From Thermoplasmatales archaeon SW_10_69_26 (lineage in GTDB: Archaea > Thermoplasmatota > SW-10-69-26), in NCBI GenBank assembly GCA_003009755.1, contig PXUB01000001.1, positions 85,854-149,853 on the forward strand: a DNA stretch of 64,000 nucleotides. Direction: 5' to 3'. Below, piece by piece: positions 38,176-48,500 of the stretch. Position 1 is the stretch's first letter; the number at the start of each line of letters is the position of its first letter. The notes beneath the pieces are model-generated. The model worked only from the letters and a program-made list of their open reading frames with translations, was not told the origin of the DNA and ran no database searches. Both the position numbers and the translations under genes were made by a program.

Positions 38176-39700
38176 TCACAACCGCCGTTCGCCCAACCCG
38201 TCGACTGCCGGGCCATCAACGACCTCACCTTCGGGCCCGAAGCGGGAGCCGTGGCACGGTCAGTCGAAGGTCTCGTCGCTGGCGTTCCACTCGACCTCGC
38301 AGCCCATGTGTGTACAGATGGCGCTGTTGGCGTGGAGGCCGCCCTCCTCGTCGCGGTAGGCGGCGACGGGTTCGCCTTCGTAGCGGATGATCTCGCCTTC
38401 CCTGGGCTCGAGGTCGATCTCGGTGGCTTTGCCGTAGCGGCGGATGCGGTCCGCGACGAACTCCTTGGCGGCGTGGGCGTTGTGGGAGAGGACCGAGCTG
38501 AGCGAGGTCCCCTGGGCGGGCGGGGTCGAAGGCGGCCAGCTCCTCGGGCGGGTCGGCAGGGCCTCGGCCAGCATGCGGCCGGCGGCGATCCCGTTCGTCA
38601 TGCCCCAGCCACCGAACCCCGTCGCGGCGTAGACGTTGTCGGCGCCGGGACCGACGGGCCCGACGAAGGGCATCTCGTCCAGGGAGACGAAGTCCTGGGT
38701 GGACCAGCGGTACTCGATGGTGTCGACGTCGAAGCGCTGGCGGACGGTCTGTTCGAGCTGCTCGTAGCGGTCGGCTTCGTCGGCTTCGCCGGTCCGGTGG
38801 TTCTGCCCGGTGAACAGGACCAACTCCTCCTGGCGGCCGGCTCGCGGGCGGATCGAGAAGATCGGGGAGGCGTCGTGGTAGTGCGTGCCCTCGGGTTCCT
38901 CGCCGTTCAGGCGCGCGGCGAGCACGTAGGATTTCGTCGGGTCGCACGCGCGCGAAGTAGCCGGCGCGGTCGACGATCGGGAAGTGCGTGGCGAGGACGA
39001 CCTGGTCGGCGGTGACCTCGTGGGATTCGGTCTCGATGCGGCAGGGGTCGCCCTCGTGGACGTCCTTGACGCGGGCTCGCCCGTGCACGGCGTTGGCGCC
39101 ACCGTTGAGGGCCTCGGCGAGGGCCAGCAGGTAGCGGCGGGGATGGAACAGCGCCTGGTCGTCGAAGCGGACGGCTCCCGCGACGTCGACGGGCACTGGC
39201 ACGTCGTCGACGAAGCGGGCGGGCAGGCCCAGCTCCTGGGCGGCCTCGACCTCGGCGTGGATCTCGTCGACGCGGTCCTCGTCCTCGACGTAGGTGTAGG
39301 CGGGGGCTCGATGGAAGTTGCACGCGACGCCGTCGGTCTCGACGCGGTCGGCGACGACCTCGATCGCGGCCTCGTTGGCGTCGGCGCAGCGTTGGGCCCT
39401 CGTCGGCCCGTGGCGATCGAGCAGCGTGTCGTAGATGAGGCCGTGCTGGCTCGTGAGCTTGGCGGTCGTGTGGCCGGTGACGCCTTCGAGGATGCGGTTG
39501 GCCTCGAGCAGGGCGACGTTGTGGCCGGCCTCGCTGAGCTCGTCGGCGGCCACGATGCCGGCGACGCCAGCGCCGACGATCGCGGTGTCGACGGCAATGT
39601 CGCCGGGGAGGACGGGCGCCCTCGTGCTGGAGGTCTCCTCGATCCACAGGGACTCGTGCTCGCTGGGCAGGGTCGCCAGCTTTTCGGGGGCGCGCGCCAT
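38176..39700 (-). pseudogene. FAD-dependent oxidoreductase with C-terminal Rieske domain (YhfW-like), disrupted
   Basis: IVGAGVAG, TGHTTAKL, CTHMGC and D*PCHGSRF; frameshift at ~38940, probable compensating shifts at ~38510-38565. Confidence 0.85.
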
Positions 39701-39845
39701 GGTTCGCCTGGACCTCGGGGCTCGGGGAGGGAGCCCAGGGGTAAGCGAGGTGTCCAGCGCGGCCTGACCGCAGGCAACGGAGCCTTGGTCGCCAAGCGCG
39801 GGCGAGCCCGAAGGCCCTTGACAACCGTCGGGCCTGCCGGGATCG

Positions 39846-40124
39846 ATGCACGCCGAGTTCCTCGCACGCCGGGAAGAGGGTTGGACGTGGTTGGACGATC
39901 GCGTGCCGGTCGAGGCGGCCTTCGACGAGGTTGGCGCAGCGGTGGACGCCGGGATCGAGGCGATGGAGGTCGAGGTCGAGGAGGATCGGCTCAGCCGGCA
40001 GGAGGCGGCCGAGCTGGCGGCCGATGCTCGCTTCGAGCTGGGCAGCAACGAGCACCATCTCGGCGGGCAGGACTCGGCCGCGATCGAGGCGTTGGCAGCC
40101 TTCGAGGACGAGCTGCGGGCCTGA
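39846..40124 (+). CDS. Small acidic hypothetical protein
   Basis: Host-like composition; promoter-like CCTTGAC upstream. Confidence 0.6.
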   Translation: MHAEFLARREEGWTWLDDRVPVEAAFDEVGAAVDAGIEAMEVEVEEDRLSRQEAAELAADARFELGSNEHHLGGQDSAAIEALAAFEDELRA

Positions 40125-40424
40125 CTCCACGGCCGGACGTGATCGGGGGACCCTCTCGTCGCCCTCGGGAGGGGAAACCGCGGAGCCCAGAGGATGGCCC
40201 ATCCCGTGTCGGCCGCTGAGATCTCGCCGGTTCGGACGATCTCAGGCACGCCCGACTCTCTGCTTCGGGCAGTGTCCGTCGACAACCCTCGAGGGTTGCC
40301 TTGCTCGGCCTCCGCGAGCCTGACACGCTGCCTCGCAGGAGCCCGCCGGGGCTCGCAGGCTCGGGAGACCGTACCTTGTCTCCCGAGACCGGCGCGAGCG
40401 GTTCGGCAACCCCCGTCCGGCAGG

Positions 40425-41579
40425 CTAGCCGTCCGTGCGGAACGTCAGCTCGTCGGCGAGCTTGCTCGCGCGGTTCAGAAGGCGGTCGACGACGGCTTCC
40501 TGCGGGCCGCTGATCGTGAAGTGCCCCATCTTGCGGAGCGGGCGGACCTCGCGTTTGCCGTACCAGTGCATCGCGGCTCGGTCGCTGGCGAGCACGGCCT
40601 CCGAGCCCTGGAGGTTGGCCGGCTGGGGTTCGTCGACGTCGCCGAGGATGTTGGCGGAGACGGTGGGGGCGCGCAGCTCGGTCGAGCCCGTCGGGGCGCC
40701 GAGCACGGCGCGGACGTGTTGCTCGAACTGGCTGGTCGAGGCGCCCTCGATCGTCCAGTGGCCGCTGTTGTGGGGGCGGGGCGCGATCTCGTTGAGGAGG
40801 ATCTCGCCCTCGCGCTCGAACAGCTCGATGCCGTACACGCCGCGGCCCTCGAGCTCGTCGAGGACGTCCACGGCGACCTCGCGGGCCTGCTCGCGGATGT
40901 CCTGCCGGGTCCGGGCGGGCGAGACGGTGCGGCGCAGGATCTCTTCCTCGTGGATCGTCTCGGTGACGGGGAAGGCGTCGATCTCCTCGCGTCCGACGCA
41001 GCCGATGACGGACAGCTCGCGGTCGAAGTCGACGAAGGCTTCGACCATCGCGTCGCCGCCGACGGCCGCGAAGGCCGCCTCGACGTCGTCGGGGCCGTGG
41101 ATCGGCGCGTTGCCGCGTCCGTCGTAGCCGCCGGTCCGGGCTTTCAGCATCGCGGGGTAGCCCAGCTCGTCGAGCGCCGAGCCCAGCTCGTCCACGGAGC
41201 CGGCCTCGCGGAACGCGGGGCAGGGGACGCCGGCGGCCCGCATGTGGCGTTTCTGGACGAGCTTGTCCTCGATCAGGCGCAGCGTGTCCGGCGACGGGTG
41301 CACGGGGACGCCGGCCTCGGCGGCGGCCGTCTCGAGCCCATCGGGGTCGGCCAGTTCGATCTCGAAGGTGAGGGCGTCCGAGCGGTCGGCGAGCTCGGCC
41401 AGGGCCTCGGGGTCGTCGAAGTCGGCCACGATCTGGTCGGCCACGCGCGAGGCGGGCGCCTCGGGCGTGGGGTCGAGCACGACGACGTCGACGCCGAGCG
41501 GCGAGGCGGCTTCGCCGAGCATACGGCCCAGCTGGCCGCCACCGACGACGCCGAGCGTCTGGCCCTCCAGGGCAGGCAT
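40425..41579 (-). CDS. purK: N5-CAIR synthase
   Basis: GGGQLGRML, GYDGRGN, NEIAPRPHNSGH and RKMGH motifs. Confidence 0.96.
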   Translation of the reverse strand: MPALEGQTLGVVGGGQLGRMLGEAASPLGVDVVVLDPTPEAPASRVADQIVADFDDPEALAELADRSDALTFEIELADPDGLETAAAEAGVPVHPSPDTLRLIEDKLVQKRHMRAAGVPCPAFREAGSVDELGSALDELGYPAMLKARTGGYDGRGNAPIHGPDDVEAAFAAVGGDAMVEAFVDFDRELSVIGCVGREEIDAFPVTETIHEEEILRRTVSPARTRQDIREQAREVAVDVLDELEGRGVYGIELFEREGEILLNEIAPRPHNSGHWTIEGASTSQFEQHVRAVLGAPTGSTELRAPTVSANILGDVDEPQPANLQGSEAVLASDRAAMHWYGKREVRPLRKMGHFTISGPQEAVVDRLLNRASKLADELTFRTDG

Positions 41580-41876
41580 GGGCGTCGATGAACGCGGTCC
41601 CCTTATCAACGTAGCGGGAGGGCGGAGAGCGGCTGTCTCGTTAAGCAGGGGCCGCGAAGGACACGAAGGATCGCCGAGGCCACGAAGGGCCTGTGACTCG
41701 CCGCCGGGCGGCGTTGTCACGGCAGCTGCTCCCCGTTGTGCCCTGGCGTCCCCTCGCGTACTTGGTGGTCCCCCCGTTTCTTATCCTTGCAGCGCGGGGC
41801 GGAGAGCAGGGGATGGCGGGGAGCCCTCACACAGAGGCACGGAGGCACAGAGGATGCGGAGAGTCGGAGGGCACGC

Positions 41877-42845
41877 TCAGGCCTCCTGGCTCGTGGGGTA
41901 TGGCAGCTCGAGATCGGCCAGCACGTTCTCGATCTCGTCGCGGTCGTCCTCGAGCCAGGGCGGCAGGACGAGGCGTTCGCCGAGGCTCTCGAGCGGTTCG
42001 TCGGCGGTGAAGCCGGGCTCCTCGGTGGCGAGCTCGAACAGGACGCCGCCGGGTTCGCGGAAGTACACCGACCTGAACCAGAACCGGTCGATGACGTCGG
42101 TGGGGTTGAGGCCGTGGTCGGCGACGGCCTCGCGCAGGCGCTTCTCGTCGGACTCGTCGCCGGCGCGCCAGGCGACGTGGTGGACGGTCCCCCGGCCGCC
42201 GCGGGCTCGTTGGGCCTGGGGGGCGGCGCGCAGCTCGAGGTAGCCGCTGGCGGGATCGGTGCCGGCGTAGCGGTGCCAGGAGCCGTCCTCGCCGACGTGC
42301 TCCATGCCGAGGACGTCGGTGACCAGCGTCTGGGTTCCCTCGAGCGAGGTCTCGCGGGCGCGGACGGCGTGGAAGCCGCGCAACTGGTGCTGTTCTGGCA
42401 CGGGGCTGCGTTCCCAGGCGGTCCACTCGCGCTCGGTGGCTTGCTCGGTCTCGACGATGGCCAAATCGAGCCCGTGCGGGCCGGAGAACGTGAGCACCGG
42501 GTCGCCGAAGCGTTCGCCGCGTTGCTTCACATCGGCCTCGCTGTCGGGCCCCCTTAACCGATCCGACCAGTAGTCGAGGCTGTCGGGTCGGACCTGGAAG
42601 GCGACCTCGCCGACGATGCCGGCGCCTGTGCGGCCCCGGCGGCCGTCGGGGAAGGGGAAGAACGTGAGATCGGTGCCGGGTCGGCCCTCGCGGTCGGCGT
42701 AGAACAGGTGGTAGGTGGTCGGGTCGTCCTGGTTGACCGAGCGCTTCACCAACCGGAGGCCGAGCTCGCCGGCGTAGAAGTCGAGGTTCTCCTGCGGGTC
42801 GCCGGCGACCGCGGTCACGTGGTGGATGCCGCCGATCGAGGGCAT
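41877..42845 (-). CDS. Ring-cleaving dioxygenase (MhqO/glyoxalase family)
   Basis: GIHHVTA, SVNQDDPTTYHLFY and DRFWFRSVYFREPGG motifs. Confidence 0.93.
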   Translation of the reverse strand: MPSIGGIHHVTAVAGDPQENLDFYAGELGLRLVKRSVNQDDPTTYHLFYADREGRPGTDLTFFPFPDGRRGRTGAGIVGEVAFQVRPDSLDYWSDRLRGPDSEADVKQRGERFGDPVLTFSGPHGLDLAIVETEQATEREWTAWERSPVPEQHQLRGFHAVRARETSLEGTQTLVTDVLGMEHVGEDGSWHRYAGTDPASGYLELRAAPQAQRARGGRGTVHHVAWRAGDESDEKRLREAVADHGLNPTDVIDRFWFRSVYFREPGGVLFELATEEPGFTADEPLESLGERLVLPPWLEDDRDEIENVLADLELPYPTSQEA

Positions 42846-42909
42846 GGTGGAGTGGGGAGCAGGGCCTAGCCCCTTAACGCCCCGCCCCCAACGCCGGCCG
42901 CCGGCGCGC

Positions 42910-44892
42910 TTAGGTCGGTCGGCGAGCCGCGAGACCGGCGACCGCGATCGCCGCCAGCGCCACCGTGGCGGGCCAGGGCACCTCGTCGGTGCCGGCCGGG
43001 TAGCCCTCGAGGCTGGCGGGCCCCACGAGCTGGGTGTCCGGGGCATCGGGCTTGGCGTGGACCTCCATCGCCGCGTCGTCGACGGGCTCGAAGCGGACGA
43101 CGGGTCGCTCGCCCTCGCCGACGGTGAAGCTCTGCGAGGGCTCGAACGTCACCGTCACCGGCGAGTCCTCCCCCTCGCACCGTTCGGTCGGGAACGTGAT
43201 CGTGTCCGCGGGGGTGGGATCCTCGGTGGGGTCACCGGCGGCGAACGCGATCTCGATTGAGCCCCCTGTCTGCTCGGTGCAGTGGAGGGAGAGGGTCCAG
43301 GGATCGGTCCCGGTCTCGTAGGTCTCGCCGGCGGGCTGGGCCCCGACCCAGACGAGCGCGCCCTCGGGGCTGGTCTGGCGGGGACCGCCGTCGGGATCGA
43401 TCTCGTCGCGGGCCATCTCCCAGCAGCCCTCGGCGGGGCAGTCGGCCTCGGGGAGGGCCTCGACGGTCCCGAAGGTCCACGCAGGCCCGGAGGCTTCGGG
43501 GTCCTGCGTGTCGGCCTCGTCGGTCGTCTCCTCCTCGTCCTGGCTCTCCTCGGCGGGTTCGTCGGTGGCTTCGACGGTGACGGTCGCGAACTCGGTCCCT
43601 TCGAGGTCGCGGGCGGTTTCGTCGTGGACGGCGGCCTCGAGGGGCATGCGGACGGTCTGGGCCACCTGGGGCCAGGTCACGTCGCCGGTGAACGTCACGC
43701 GCAGGTCGAGGCGATCGGCGTCGCCGGAGGGTTGGACGCCGACTGTGACCGTCTCCTGGACGCCGTCCCCGTCGGGGCCGTCGACGATGGAGACGCTGGA
43801 CGCGATCGACACCGGGTCGCCGGTGTCGGCGTCTTCGGCTTGCCCCGAGAAGGAGGACAGGCGATCGTCGTCGATGTGGTCCGGGAAGACCAAGAACAGC
43901 TTCACCGAGGAGCCGTCGTTGCTCACCTGGGAGACCGTGTAGGTGAACGCGTGCTGGGCCTGCTGGTCGGCCTCGATCGGATCGGGGTCGACCTCGCCGT
44001 CGAGCAGCTCGATGGCCGGCGTGTTCTCGGTTTCGGTGGCGAAGGTGCTCGGGGAGCCTGCTTCGGTGGCGGAGCCGGCCTCGGCGTGGACCTTGAACAC
44101 GTAGCTGGTGCCGGGCTCGAGGTTCGCAACGTCGACGCTGAGGGGCCCAGTCGAGGGGACGGTCTGGGTGTCGGTGCGGGCCAGCGTGTCGTCCTCGTCG
44201 CCCTCGATCCAGTAGGTGAACCAGACGTCGGCGCTGTCGGCGCCGTCGAGCTCGGTGAGATCGCCCCTCAGGGTCGCGCTGGAGGTGCCCACGTCGTCGG
44301 CCGAGTCCGTGGCGACGGCGACGGTCGCCTGGCTGGTGGTCTCGGGTTCGACGGTGACCGAGGCGATCTCTACGAGCGTGACGTCGGGCCCGTCGGGGTC
44401 GATCACGGAGGCCTCGACGGGCATCTCGGTCGTCTCCTCGACCGTGGGCCACTCGATGCTGCCGGTGACGTTGACGAGGAGATCGCGCGTGGCTCGCTCG
44501 CCTTCGGGTTGGACGCCCACGGTGACGGTCTCCTGGATGCCGTCGCCGTCGGGGCCGTCGACGATCGAGGCGCTCGACGAGATCGACACCGTCTCCTGCG
44601 TCTTGCGGTCGGTGACCTCGCCGCCGAATGAGCCCAGGCGCTGGCTGTCGATCCGGTCGGGGAAGGTCACGAACAGCGTGCTCTCGTCGCCCTCGTTGGA
44701 GACGTTGTCGACCTTGTAGCTGAACGTGTGGTCGACCTCCTCGCTCTTGCCGACCGCCTGATCAGGGTCGGCGACCCCGTCGTGGACGTTCTCGGCCGCC
44801 GACGCCAGCCCGGCCACGCCGGTCAACGCGAGCAGGGCGGTCGCGATGGCGATCCCCGTCGGAACCTCGAGACGCTCCCGGTCGCCGAACAT
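42910..44892 (-). CDS. Cell-surface protein with a duplicated domain flanking an FN3-like domain
   Basis: Signal peptide; two SIVDGPDGDG.QETVTVGVQP domains; NLEPGTSY; C-terminal TM plus RR. Confidence 0.85.
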   Translation of the reverse strand: MFGDRERLEVPTGIAIATALLALTGVAGLASAAENVHDGVADPDQAVGKSEEVDHTFSYKVDNVSNEGDESTLFVTFPDRIDSQRLGSFGGEVTDRKTQETVSISSSASIVDGPDGDGIQETVTVGVQPEGERATRDLLVNVTGSIEWPTVEETTEMPVEASVIDPDGPDVTLVEIASVTVEPETTSQATVAVATDSADDVGTSSATLRGDLTELDGADSADVWFTYWIEGDEDDTLARTDTQTVPSTGPLSVDVANLEPGTSYVFKVHAEAGSATEAGSPSTFATETENTPAIELLDGEVDPDPIEADQQAQHAFTYTVSQVSNDGSSVKLFLVFPDHIDDDRLSSFSGQAEDADTGDPVSIASSVSIVDGPDGDGVQETVTVGVQPSGDADRLDLRVTFTGDVTWPQVAQTVRMPLEAAVHDETARDLEGTEFATVTVEATDEPAEESQDEEETTDEADTQDPEASGPAWTFGTVEALPEADCPAEGCWEMARDEIDPDGGPRQTSPEGALVWVGAQPAGETYETGTDPWTLSLHCTEQTGGSIEIAFAAGDPTEDPTPADTITFPTERCEGEDSPVTVTFEPSQSFTVGEGERPVVRFEPVDDAAMEVHAKPDAPDTQLVGPASLEGYPAGTDEVPWPATVALAAIAVAGLAARRPT

Positions 44893-44970
44893 CTCGCTGA
44901 CCCTATACTGGCTGGAGGGGGATAAACGGTGTTCAGCGATCGTCGAAGCCGTGAGAGCCCCGTGGGGGCC

Positions 44971-45468
44971 TCAGACGTCGAGACGATCGACCCTCGCCCG
45001 CTGGGGCGCTTCGTGGGCGAGCAGCCAGCGCTTGATCGCCAGCTTGCCGTCCGTGTCGGTGCCGCGGGCCCCGCCGAATCCGCCCAGGCCGTCGCAAGCG
45101 ACGACGCGGTGGCAGGGCCACACGAGCGGGACGGGGTTGCAGCGGAGGGCTTGGCCGACGGCGCGGGCGGCGCCGGGCTTGCCGATGCGTCGGGCCAGCT
45201 CGCCGTAGGTCACGGGTTGGCCGGGTGCGATCTCGGTCAGCTCGGTGAGCACGCGATGCTGGAAGGCGGTGACGTCGACGTCGGCGAGGGCCACCTCCGG
45301 GTGGTCGGCCCGGCCCTCGAGGTAGGCTTGGAAGGCCTCGTGAACCGGCTCGGGAACGGTCTCTTCCTGGGGCGGGGCCTGGATCGCCAGGTCGACCGCT
45401 TGGACGCGGTCCTCGCTGTCGGTGGTGACGAGGATGGCCCCGAACGGGGCCTCGATGGCGGCCGGCAT
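44971..45468 (-). CDS. ogt: Methylated-DNA--protein-cysteine methyltransferase
   Basis: TYGELA, ARAVG and PCHRV motifs. Confidence 0.93.
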   Translation of the reverse strand: MPAAIEAPFGAILVTTDSEDRVQAVDLAIQAPPQEETVPEPVHEAFQAYLEGRADHPEVALADVDVTAFQHRVLTELTEIAPGQPVTYGELARRIGKPGAARAVGQALRCNPVPLVWPCHRVVACDGLGGFGGARGTDTDGKLAIKRWLLAHEAPQRARVDRLDV

Positions 45469-45518
45469 CGTGCTCGCCAGAGAGCCGGAGGCCATGAACG
45501 TTGACCCGCTCGGCGGGG

Positions 45519-48500
45519 TCAGGCTTCGGGTTCGGCGAGCGAGAGGACGAGGTCGCCGATCGTGGTCCAGCGGGCCTGGAAGCCGCCCTCGGGGGAGTGG
45601 ATGCAGGCGCTGTCGCCGGCGAGGTGGGTGACCTCGTAGGCCTGGGCCGGTTCCTCGAGCCCGGTGCCCAGGGCCTTGGCGGCGGCCTCCTTGAGCGTCC
45701 AGGCCAGCGTCTCACCGAGGGTGGTCTCGATCTCGGCGTCGGCCAGCATCGCCCGCTCGTCGCTGGTCAGGCTGTCCTCGCGCCAGGCGTCCGAGCGGTC
45801 CTCGATGCGTTCGAGGTCGATCCCGATCGGGCTCCCCTGGCGGGCGGCGGCAATCGCCAGGCCGTGGCCGTGCGTGATGGACACGCTGCCCTCGGCACCG
45901 TCGACGACCGGGCGCCCGTCGTCGCGGTCGAGGCTCGCGTCGTCGCCGAAGGCCTCCTGCAGGGTACGCTCGGCGGCGTGCGTGCCGGCCTCGCGTTCGG
46001 CCTCGCGCTTGCCGCGCGGGTCGCGGGGGTCGAGCACGTCGACGGGCTGGCCGCTGAGCGCGACGCCGTCCGGGGCGAAGCTCACCAGCTCGCCGGTGAC
46101 CTGCTGGTTGGCGTCGGTGCGTTGCAGGCGGAGGCCGCGCACGTGGACGATGGGCTCCTCGCCGTCTCGGACGGTGGCGTCCCAGGTGGAGCCGGTGGCG
46201 TCGGCGGCGACGAGGCGCGCGTCGACGCGCACCTGGCCCTGCCTGGGCGCCGCCTCGAAGCTCAGGGTCTTGATGCCGACGGGCAGCTGGCGGCTCTCGC
46301 GGGTGAGGCCGGCGGCCTGCATGGCGGCCTCGATGGCGAGCGCGTGCGGGGAGGCGCCGCCCACGGTCAGGTCGGCTTGGGCCCTGACGTGGTCCTCGCC
46401 GGGCCGGGCCCGCGTGAGGACCTGGAAGCTGGGCCCGTGGAACAGGCGCTCGTAGATCGCCTCGGCCGCGATCGGGTCGGTCTCGGGGTCGGCGCGGTCG
46501 ACGGGCTTGACACCGGGCCCGGGGCCGGCTCGGGCGCGGGCGTGCACGGTGTCGTTCTGGGTCACCTGCCAGGCCTCTCCGGTTGCCTCGACCCTGAGCG
46601 TGGTCGGCTCCGTGATCCAGGCGGGCTGGGTGAAGCCGACCTCGTGGAGGGCCTCGACGGGGCTCGCGTCCGGTGCGGTCGCCTGGCGGAGGGCTTGCAG
46701 GTAGCGGACGCCGGGTACGAGCGGGCGGCCGGCGACCTGGTGGTCGTCGAGGAAGGCTTCCTCGCCGGTGAGGTGGAGCTCGTCGGTCCCGGTGTGCGGG
46801 GTCCGGGGCTGCTGGTCGGCGACGAGGAAGGTGCCGGGCTGGGCGAAGGCGTCGGTGAAGACCTCGGCGCCTCGCTCGGGGGCGAGGAAGGTGACCTCGC
46901 GGTCCTCGAGCACGGCGCGCACGGTGTCGTCGTCGGCCATGCCGCCGGCGGCGTCCCAGGCGGTCCAGTGGATGAGGGTCCCGTCGACCGGGGCCAGCAG
47001 ACCGGGCAGGCAGCCGTTGGCGAGCGCGTAGTCGGCTTGGCCGGGGTTGCCGTAGGCGCCGGCGATCGAGCCGAAGGCGACGTGGTGGGCCTCGGGCAGC
47101 TCGTCGGTGAGCTTGTGCACGGGCGTGAGCTTGGTGTCGAGCACGAGCTGCATCTCGTCGCGGGTCTTGTCGGCGAAGCCGCGCGAGCGGTCCACGCCGA
47201 CGCCGTGCACGACGAGATCGATCGCGCCCCAGTCGTCCTCGACGGTGGCGACGACCTCGGCCAGCGCGTCACCGTCGGTCGCGTCGGCGCGGTGGTAGCT
47301 GGTCTCGGCGACGGCGGCCAGGGCCTGGTAGGCGTGGGCGCGGCGGGCCTTGCGGACCTCGCGTTGGACCCGTTCTTCGATCTCGGCGGGTGTGGGGTCC
47401 TCGCCGGTCCTCTGGGCCTCGGCGAGCATCTGCTCGCGCAGGTCCTGGATCTCGTCCTCGTCGTCGGGGTCCAGCTCGGGATCCACGAGGGGGCTGCGGC
47501 CGACGAGGGCCAGGCGGACCTCGTGGCGGTCGGCCAGCTCGGCCAGGCAGGGTTGCACGGCGGCGCCGAGGCCGCCGGGGGCGAGCACGGTGATCGGTTC
47601 CGCGAGGTCGAGCTCGGCCTCGGGGTCGGTGGGGGCCGGGGCCGGGCGTTGGCGCAGCGAGCCGTCGAGACGGACGTCCGTGGTCGTGTCGGCGAGGATC
47701 TCGGCGACGAGGGTCTCGTCGGTGACGTCCTCGCCGACGATCACGGCGCGGGCGTCGATCTCCTCGGCGCGCAGCGTGCCGGCCAGCGCCGGGAGGCCCC
47801 GGGCGGAGGCGTCCTCGCCGGCTGCGACGAGCACGGTGCGGGCCTCCTCGGGGACGTCTTGGAGGTGGACGAGGAGATCGGTGAGCGCCTCGGGGTCGGC
47901 CTCGGCGGTCACCGAGACGACGTGCAGGGGCGCGTCGGGGCCGTCGCTGGCGTCCCCCAGGCGGGCCTGCGTGGCCTCGGGCAGCGGGCCCTCGATCGTG
48001 ACCTGGTCGGGCTGGAGGGATCCCTCAGGGGGCTGGGCGGGTCGCCAGCGCCAGGCGGTGCGCTGGATCGCGTCGGCCTCGTGGTGGGTGTCGGCGGAGC
48101 CGTTCTCGGAGGCGGTGTCGGCGTCGCTTGCGGGGGTGCCGGCGTGCTCGGCGAGCAGGCGGGCGGCGTCGTCGACGGTCGGCACGTCAGCCAGACTCAT
48201 GCCCTCGATCGGCGGGATGCCCAGCTCCTCGCGCGCCTCGGCGAGCACCTCGGCCTGCTTGACCGTGTCCACGCCCAGATCGGCCTCGAGATCCATGCCC
48301 GGATCGATCACGTCCTCGGGGTAACCGGTCTTGCGTGAGACGAGGTCGACGAGCAGTGCCTCGACCTCGCTCACGTCGGGGCCGTCGGTCTCGGTCGGCT
48401 GGGTCCCGCTGGAGCCGTTGGTGCTGGCGGGCTCGGCCGCGGCTTCGTCGGCGTCGATGTCGGCCTCGCTGCTTCCGTTGGTCGTGGCACCGTCGGCGCC

